Positions 54,206 to 64,000 of a stretch of 64,000 bases of DNA are shown here, one piece after another. The stretch lies in the NCBI RefSeq assembly GCF_009914755.1, contig NC_060930.1; one strand, given 5' to 3'. Under the pieces are notes generated by a model. That model saw nothing but the letters and a program-made list of their open reading frames with translations. It was not told the DNA's origin and made no database searches. How positions within the stretch are numbered: the stretch's first letter is position 1; each line of letters starts with the position of its first letter. This stretch comes from the human T2T-CHM13v2.0 reference genome, Homo sapiens. Both the position numbers and the translations under genes were made by a program.

Positions 54206-55695
54206 TCTCTTTCACTAGTTCCCGGGTAGGAACCCGGCTACCTTTCAAGGTGTCAGAATATTTTCTAAAATATATGTGTACTTTGTGTGTGTGTCACAAA
54301 CCATTTCTGGCATTGTAGACACGTTTTGAAAAACTACGAGGTTTGCTACAAAATTCACCAAATGCCATGGAGGAAAGGCCACACCTCCATATAGTAAATA
54401 TCAAGTACAATTCCCATTTAAAAATTAGCATTACTCATAACTGCCCTGAGGGAATTCACTTCTAATAGACTCAAACTATATAAAGTACATTAATTCTCTG
54501 CCTTTACAACAAAGCAAGATGGACAGGGATGGCCAATACTTCTCCAGCACTGCATGGGGCATCGGTGGGACTCGCAGTGAACAGCCAGGCTCAGCAGAGC
54601 ATCTCCTGATGGTATCTGAATGGGCAACTTTAAGAAGACCAGCAAACACTTTCAAAGTTGCAGCTGAAGGGCACCTGAGTGAGGCAGCTGTGGGCCAATG
54701 TACTTTACAAGGGTTTACGCAAAAACAAATGGGTTCCTGTGGTTTGGTTCTGTAGGAAAGTGCCAGTGTTGACTTTGCAGAGCAGGACTCTGGAATGCAG
54801 ATCGCCTGGGTAATGATGGACATGTGAGCATCGGAAGGCCAGTGGCTTGTGTTGTCCAGGCTCAGGGTCAGAGGCCGGTGCTGCGTTGCTGGTGAGACTC
54901 AGGGACACAATGAAGCCCTGGCTGTAGCTTGATCAATTTCCCTCCAGAAGTCAGAGGCTGCCCGTTGGTCCCTCGGGCAACACTGCCATCTGGATGCCAG
55001 GTTCATTAACCTCAGACCTCCACTGACCAGGCAGCACTGAGCTTGTCACCAGGGGCAGGAAATGTCCTTTGCTTACCTTATATTCCCTATGGCTTTGCAA
55101 ACAAGCCATTCTTCATGGTTGGTCTTAAACCTTAGCATAATTTTATCCTGATTTATACCCAAGTCCCCACGTTTCCCCTTGAGGAGACTATACACTTTGG
55201 TGCTGTGTGAAGTGATGCCTGTCTATGCTGTTTCTAATCCATTTGTAAAACCATTTACAAGCTGATTGGAGATGCAAGGTGGTCTATAAATGCCTGGTAA
55301 TGATGATTGGGATGCTCCTGAGTGATGAAAGATAACTCGCCTCGCAGCAGGGCAGAGATGCCTTCCCCTTTCCTCAAATGCTCTCTGACTAATTGGTATG
55401 AAAGAAAGGAAACCTCCCTCTGGAAAGCTTGATGTCTGATTTGCTGGGACTAATCAGCACAGAAAAACCCCGAACCACTCTGAGAGGGATTATGGTTATG
55501 AACGGTGAGTTCTGTTTGTTTTGAGTTGGTAGTGCTTTTAGGTCTGTGGAAGTGAGCCTGGCAGTGCACTGACGCCTTCATGGACGCCACAGGAAGTTCT
55601 GAGCAGATGCCCAGGAATGAAGGCCATTGTGTACTTCGCTCTTACAGAGAACAGCTACGGGAGCACAGCACTTTGAAGCTTTTTGTTTCATTTTA

Positions 55696-56030
<335 letters not shown>

Positions 56031-56762
56031 TAACATTGCTTCCCTTGACAGCTACGGTCAAGGACAGGCTGAGGGGGAACCTTGGGAGCAGATGGAGTGC
56101 ATTGCAGGGGGTCCTCATGATCTCTAGTGATGTTGCTCACCGTGAATTCACATCTGTGGCAAAGCTCTTCTCTTTCTCAGATCTATCCTTCCTTCTTTCT
56201 AGTGCAGTCTTTGGTGTTTGCCTGCCCTATTATTTCCCTTCAAATATAATTCTATGCCAGTTGTAAGAGGTGGGAACGCTACAGGAAAAGGCGGAGGAGG
56301 ACTGGCACTTGTGCACGAAGGTCCTGTTGCTGAAATCCCAGTGGAGTAACTCGGAGGAAGTGACTTGAAACAGTGGATGTGTTTCCCGTGCTGTAAGTGT
56401 GTAGGAGGGCAGAGCTGAGTTTTCTCTGCCTACAGGGTCTAATATATGACTTTTATTCCTACAACCGGCTAACCAAAAATATGCCTTGTTCAAGGCAATG
56501 AGCTTTTTTAAGTTTCTTTTTTTTTTTACCAGAATATCTTATATTTGTGTGTGAATATTTTTAAAAATTTATAATCTGCCATAAATATTTTTTGCCAGAA
56601 TACATTAAACCAGATTGCATATCTTCCTCACGTTGACTTCAGAGGAAACTCTTTTTATTCTTATAAATTAAACAAAAACGTATTCCTAAGGCTCTAGTGT
56701 ACAGATGTACACTCGTATTACATATACACACCTATTATCTTAAACTTTTTAGTTATAAATAA

Positions 56763-57092
<330 letters not shown>

Positions 57093-57947
57093 TGAGATTT
57101 TTATAACATTACGGGTATTTCAAATTTTCTGATGGTGTGAGTGCATACTCCCCCTTTTCCAGTAACTTATGTTTCTTTAGCATAAGTGAAATACAGAAGG
57201 CCAACAGCCATAGGAAATATTTCCTTTTACCCTGCACCCTTTGTATACTTTTGAGATTCCCCCCTTTTTTTTTTTTTTTTGCTTCAAGAACAAACTATTG
57301 AATATCTCTTTCTTTACTTTCTACTCCAACAGCTAAACTCATATCCAACAATGCTCTTCCTTTAGATGTGTCATTGGCTCTCAGACTGACTGCCACAGAT
57401 GAGCACCTCCTCATTGCCTGGCCTGTGCTATATTCATCGTGTCCATAGCATGGCTCATGGAGCCATGGAGGCACGAAGCATGGGATGACCCCGAATAGGC
57501 AGCAAGGTAGGGACAGAAAGGAGGCTGAGGCGTACGGAGCACCATTGATGCTCTGGAGACTATGCCCAGAGATTTCAGTGTTATTTCACTTTAAAAATGT
57601 CACTATCATTATTTTAAAAATTAATACAAGTGCATGAAACAAATCAAACAGTACAAAAGACAGACAATGCAGTACCATCCTCCCCATCATTCCCAGGTCT
57701 GGTCCCCCGAGGAGAGGAAACAGGTTCTACGTCCTTCCAGCGATAGCCTGGAATGAGCAGGCACATGACGGATTCCCGGTCAGTGTATGTGTGTACCCAG
57801 AAACTAGCGCACCATGTACGTTTTTCTAAACCTCATTTTTTTCACTTAGTATAACCTTGTGCATTGCTTTATGTCCATGTATAAATCTACCTCATTATTT
57901 TTGATGGCTATATAATCCTTATAGTTTATTTAACTAATTTAATCTAT

Positions 57948-59055
57948 TGGGGTTTGATCAGGCAAGTGGGCCCACTCTGAGTGATCTGGAAGAACGAGAC
58001 CTCACACAGTCGAATTCTGCTCTGGGCGTTGGAGCCAGCAGCCCGTGTAAGTCTTGACTCCACACCTGGAGCTCAGTCTGAAGTCAGTGGGGTGAGCTGT
58101 TGACCATAAAGCAGGGGTGGGGGTGCGGTAAGGAAAAACTAGAACCTGCGAGGATAAGGGAAAGCCATGGCTTTCTCTCACCACATTTATTTTTGACCAC
58201 TCAGGGCACCTGCCAGCTAAGCTGGTGCCCTTTTCCATGGAACCAGACTCACACCTGACTGAGATTCCGAGACAAATGCAGTAGGAGCTGCACAACTGGC
58301 TGCTGCCCTCTCTGCAAGTTAGTGAGCAGCATACTGGGAGGGGCACTAACACCTGCCGTGCACCAGCTTTCAAGCCCAACACATGCTGCGGTACTGTCTT
58401 CCAGCCCTTGCACATGTCTCTTGTGATGAGCTGCAATCCAGAAACTTATAAGGAGGGGAATTCTGGGAAACCAGCTTTAATATTGAGTGTCAACTTGATT
58501 GGATTGAAGGATGCAAAGTATTGTTCCTGGGTGTGTCTGTGAGGGTGTTGCCAAAAGAGATTAACTTTTGAGTGAATTGCCTGGGAGAGGCAGACCCACA
58601 CTCAATCTGGGTGAGCACCATCTAATCAGCTGCCAGCATGGATAGAATAAAAGCAGGCAGAAGAACATGGAAGGACTAGACTGGCTGAGTCTTCCAGTCT
58701 TCATCTTTCTCCCGTGCTAGATGCTTTCTGCCCTCTTACATTGGACTCCAAGTTCTTAAACTCTTGGGCTTACACCAGCGGTTTGTCAGGGGCTCTCAGG
58801 CTTTCAGCCACAGACTGAAGCCAGCACTATCAGCTTCCCTACTTTTGAGGTTTTGGGACTCAGATTGGCTTCCTTCTCCTCAGCTTGTAGACAGCTTATT
58901 GTGGGACCTCAACTTCTGACTGTGTGAATCAATACTCCTTAATAAATTCCCTTTCATATATATGTCTATCCTATTAGTCCTGTCCCTCTAGAGAACCCCG
59001 ACTAATACAGCTGGTTCCAGCTGAGCCGAGCTGGAGGAGACAAAGCCTCTATGCG
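57948..59055 (-). mobile_element. LTR41-like ERVL LTR interrupted by MLT2A2
   Basis: ggggtttgatcaggcaagtgggcccactctgagtgat...ggggaattctgggaaac [MLT2A2] ggttccagctgagccgagctg. Confidence 0.55.
58477..59009 (+). mobile_element. MLT2A2 (HERV-L) solo LTR lacking its first ~8 nt
   Basis: ttaatattgagtgtcaacttgattggattgaagg...ggggctctcaggctttcagccacagactgaag...gagaaccccgactaataca. Confidence 0.9.
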
Positions 59056-59869
59056 CGTACAACACTGGTGGAGACTTAGACTGGCCCCATCTTTGGCATC
59101 TGCAAACAGTGCTGTGATGAATAGCTTGGTACATGTGGCTTTTTTCACTTGTGTATGTATAGCTAGAAAATTAATTTCTGGAAGTAGAATTGCTGGGCCA
59201 GAGGATATGTGCATTTTTTATTTATTAGATATTGTTAAGTTTCACTCCAAAGAGGTTGTACCAGTTCATATTCCTGTCAATGATGTATGAGAGTTCAGAT
59301 TACCTGACATACTCATCAACAGGATATATTATCCTACTTTTCAATCTTTTTGGATTCAACAGGTGAAAACAACAAAAACTAACATATTTCAATGCGGTTT
59401 TAATTTGCATTTCTTTTTACAAAGTATGTGGTTGAGCATCTTTTAAACATGTGAAATCCACTTGTTTTTTTTTCTCTTACTACCTTTAGCTATTTTCCTA
59501 TTGCATTCATTTTCTAGTTCTTTATATTCATTAATAAGTGTCTTATATATTACAAATTTTATTTATTGTGTATATGGCAAGATTGTTTCCCAGTGTGTAT
59601 TCTGTCTTTTGGGCTGGTCTAATGGTAGTGGGTTATCAGAACTTATTAACATTAGTGTATTTTGTCTTTCCCATTTTGTTTATGCAGAAATTTAGTTTAA
59701 TGATATTACACTTATCCTATTTGTATTATAGAGAGTTGAGCTTCCTGCTTTTAGAAGGAATTATTTGTTTTGTTTTTCACAAAGGTCTGAAAGATAAGTA
59801 ATATAATTCCCATTCTACCAATGAGAAATATCTTCCTAGAAGTTAACTCAGTGACATAAAGTCACACAC

Positions 59870-60149
59870 TGTGACGCCATGTGGCTAGGGAGGCCTCACA
59901 ATCATGGTGGAAGGTGAAAGGCACTTCTTACATGGTGGTGGCAAGACAGAATGAGAGCCAAGCGAAAGGGATTTCCTCTTGTAAAACCATTGGATCTTCT
60001 GAGACTTATTCACTAACATGAGAACAGTATGGGGGAAACTGCTACCGTGATTCAATTATCTCCCACCAGGTCCCTCCCACAACACATGGGAATTATGAGA
60101 GCTACAGTTCAAGATGAGATTTGGGTGGGGACACAGCCAAACCATATCA
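59870..60149 (-). mobile_element. THE1B solo LTR with ~80-bp subterminal deletion
   Basis: TSD cacac at 59865-59869 and 60150-60154; terminal tgt retained, then gacg, then ccatgtggctagggaggcc...aaaccatatca. Confidence 0.9.
59881..59893 (-). other. PRDM9 (A-type) recombination-hotspot 13-mer CCTCCCTAGCCAC
   Basis: The + strand reads gtggctagggagg, an exact match to CCTCCCTNNCCAC, inside THE1B. Confidence 0.8.
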
Positions 60150-60162
60150 CACACTAACAGGT

Positions 60163-60660
60163 TATGTCTGTCAGGGTCCCAACAGGAAACATGGGGCACA
60201 GTCAAATTTGGTATTTGAGGAAAGTTTAATAAAGGGCCTATTTTCCAAAGGTGCGGACACAGTGTTGGAAAATCACAAGAACCAGGGTAGTTTCCTGGGG
60301 CTATTAACAGTGGGAAGAGCCATCATCACCCCTAGGGCAGAGGCATGAAGGGTTGGAGTGATGATGAAAATCTGAGGGTCACGCTTGAGGGGCAGGAGGT
60401 CACCAGAGAGGAGCCGTCCACTTTCATGGAAGGACATAGCCACTCCATGGGAAGTGCTGCACCTGTGAGAAGCTGGAGGAATAAATACCTTCCCTCTATC
60501 TCTTTCCCAACAGATCTCTATTGCTAAAGCCCAATGGCTGAGCCTTTGTGGGAGCCAAGGCCTGGGAGGCCTCTGATGCTTGGATACAAATCTGCCTCCC
60601 GGAACCTAGAGCAGGTGGAGATTGGGCCTGGAGGAGCAAAGAGAAGACACAAAACAGCAA
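60163..60660 (-). mobile_element. Old MLT1 (MLT1K-like) LTR
   Basis: gtcagggtcccaacaggaaac...tttgaggaaagtttaataaagggcctattt. Confidence 0.6.
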
Positions 60661-60890
60661 AGTGACCTAACTCAGTCCTGGCACTCTCCAAAGGCTCAGC
60701 TCCTGACAGAAACCATGCCTCCTCCCACAATCACACATGACCCTAGAGAAATGGGGAATGAGTCAAAACTGGAAGTGGGTTGTGATGATCAGGGTAACGT
60801 TTTTGTACTGACGGGGGTTTAAAGATGATTTGGGATGCAGCTGGCTAATCATAGTTTAATATATACTTATGACATTTAAGACCATAAAAA

Positions 60891-61135
<245 letters not shown>

Positions 61136-61519
61136 TTAGGATTATGATGGAAGGAGAGGAGATCAATGAAATTCACTGGGCATAAGTAAAAATCTCTGGT
61201 CAGTGCGATGATATGTGAAGGGAAAACAAGGAGATACAGGGGAGATGAAATTAATGTACAGCCGGGTCACTAGAGTCAAAGGCTTTTGTGCATTTGAGTA
61301 GGGGGATGTGTCATTTCTAACGGCAGTGGACGTGTCCACTAGAATTGTTATATCTTCCTCCCACACTGGTCAATTTTTTGAGAGAAGTAAGCTAGCACCA
61401 ACTTCTGCTACACAGGAGAGCCATAGAAAACTGGAGATTCAAAGGCACATCCTGGAGCTTATTCTAAGTTTGAAAAAGGTAAGGATGGCAGGAAATGGGT
61501 CCTGAGATACGGTTATGAT

Positions 61520-62480
<961 letters not shown>

Positions 62481-62559
62481 GAAGAAGATGCAGCACTGAG
62501 GTTAGGGAAAAATCAGAGAGGAAAAGACACTACTGTGTTATCACTGCAACAGATGAAGT

Positions 62560-62955
62560 ATAGTATCTTTCAGGATATTGGTTCTTTTCATCTGTTATCA
62601 AATATGTGGGCATGGGGTTGTCCTTAATATTTATTCATTTATTATCCTCTTAACATAATGAAATCTGTAGTGATGGCCCCTCTTTCATTTCTAATATTAG
62701 TAATGTGTCTTTATTCTTTTTTTCTTTGTTGGACTGACTAGAGGTTTATCAATTGTATTGATCTTGCCGAAGAAACAGCTTTTGATTTCATTGATTTCCT
62801 TTATTGTTTTCCTGTTTCAATTTGATTATTTTCCTAATATATTTATTCAGTGCTACAAACATTCCTTTAAGCAGTGTTTTTTGCTGCATACTGCACATTT
62901 TGACAAGATGTATCGTTATTTTTATTTAGTTCAACATAGTCTTAATATTTCTTGA
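62560..62955 (-). mobile_element. L1M ORF2 (endonuclease-proximal) fragment
   Basis: tctgtagtgatggcccctctttcatttctaatattagtaat...agaggtttatcaattgtattgatctt. Confidence 0.75.
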
Positions 62956-63084
62956 GTGCCGCTGGAGATACTAAGCTGGAGTCATGATGTGAGTATAAAG
63001 GTTGCTCTGTAATTTGCTAACTAACCCTATAGCTTCCCCCACAACCACGAACATCACAGCCGCAGCCACATCACTGACCACTGA

Positions 63085-63275
63085 CCTGCCAGTCCCATGG
63101 CAACTTGCTATGTGTTTATCATGTGCCAGGCACTGTGCAATTGGAATTCATGCATACATCTCTCACCCTGCCTCTTTGCAATAGATATAACTACCTCTAC
63201 TGTAGATGCAGAAACTTGCCCAAGTGCATAACTAGAGGAAGGTGGAATTAAGAATTAAATGTGTGCTTGACTCTC
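63085..63275 (-). mobile_element. MIR
   Basis: atgtgccaggcactgtgc...gtagatgcagaaacttgcccaag. Confidence 0.55.
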
Positions 63276-63279
63276 TCTG

Positions 63280-64000
63280 GATCCCATCTCCTTGTGTCTT
63301 TTCAAAGAACCTCACTCTGATTGTCCCATGTCCCTCTGTCTATGGACTCCTTCTTTATAACAAGTAGCATCAGACTTCCCTTGGCCACCACATTCCCTCA
63401 AAACACCTGCCCTATCTCTTCCTCTTTATGGCCAAACGTCTCAAAAGAGCAATTTATGCTTCCAGTTTCCACATCCTTTCTTTCCAGTCACTACCTCAGC
63501 CAGAGAATCTGGCTTTGCTTTCACCAAACCATTTGCCATGGATGAGCTTTTCTTAATTTCAACAACCACTCTTCGATTCTACTTGTTTGACTTCCCTGTA
63601 GCTTCAGGCACAGTGGGATACTCTTTCCTATTGGAGGCCCCTTTCCTTGACTTCATGGTGCTGCCACTTCCTCCTCAGTCTCCTTTTCGGGCCTCTCTCC
63701 TCTGCCCATTCAACTGTGGCACCGTCACTCGTACCCTTATGTCTTTCCTGCTGATGCCTGTTTGCTGGGGAATCTTGCCATTCTCAGGCTTTCAGCCATC
63801 ATAAGTGCCCAGGACTCCCAAGTTCATGTCCAGAACCTGCTCTGGTCCTCCAAGCTTCAGACTGGACCAATCTATCACCAGGTGTGGATGTCTCCTTGAA
63901 TGACTCAGAGACACCTCAAACTCTGCCTGTCAAAAAGAACTCATTACGTCTCCCTAAAGTCATCTGTCCTTTCAGTTTTTATGTTCTCATATGCTGAACA
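63280..64000 (+). mobile_element. L2 ORF2 fragment
   Basis: tctggatcccatctcc...aatctggctttgc...tggatgtctcc...cacctcaaactc. Confidence 0.6.

Larger units (their letters stand above)
57600..59700 (-). mobile_element. Old L1ME 3' region (57600-57945 and 59070-59700) split by LTRs
   Basis: tttttcacttagtata...aaatctacctcatt...; aaacagtgctgtgatgaata...ggaagtagaattgctgggcca...ttttaatttgcatttct. Confidence 0.7.

Overview
Human genomic DNA: an AluYa5 with all five diagnostic changes marks it as Homo sapiens. It is non-coding (intergenic or intronic), and by eye roughly half is interspersed repeat. The repeats are about 14 Alus, L1M/L1MA/HAL1, L2, L3/CR1, MIR, MaLR elements (THE1 solo LTRs, one complete THE1 provirus, MLT1), ERVL and ERV1 LTRs (MLT2A1/A2, LTR41-like, MER21, MER41B) and DNA transposon fossils (Tigger3a, Tigger4a, MER33, MER45B x2, MER5A). 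I found no credible protein-coding exon, tRNA, rRNA or CRISPR array; the listed ORFs are repeat-derived or chance. I see no new multi-gene system. The strongest signals are: (1) a ~106-bp templated insertion copied from 1.75 kb downstream into a tail-less Alu that itself replaces ~0.86 kb of L1; (2) an exact PRDM9 hotspot 13-mer CCTCCCTAGCCAC in a THE1B, next to a deletion with fold-back filler; (3) two full-length MER45B copies in inverted orientation, one containing a 26-bp minisatellite; (4) a twin-primed L1MA; (5) a MER41B with one intact GAS site; (6) a CpG-retaining candidate regulatory patch; (7) a candidate 15-nt microexon. Family names come from remembered consensus sequences, and boundaries of old repeats are approximate.
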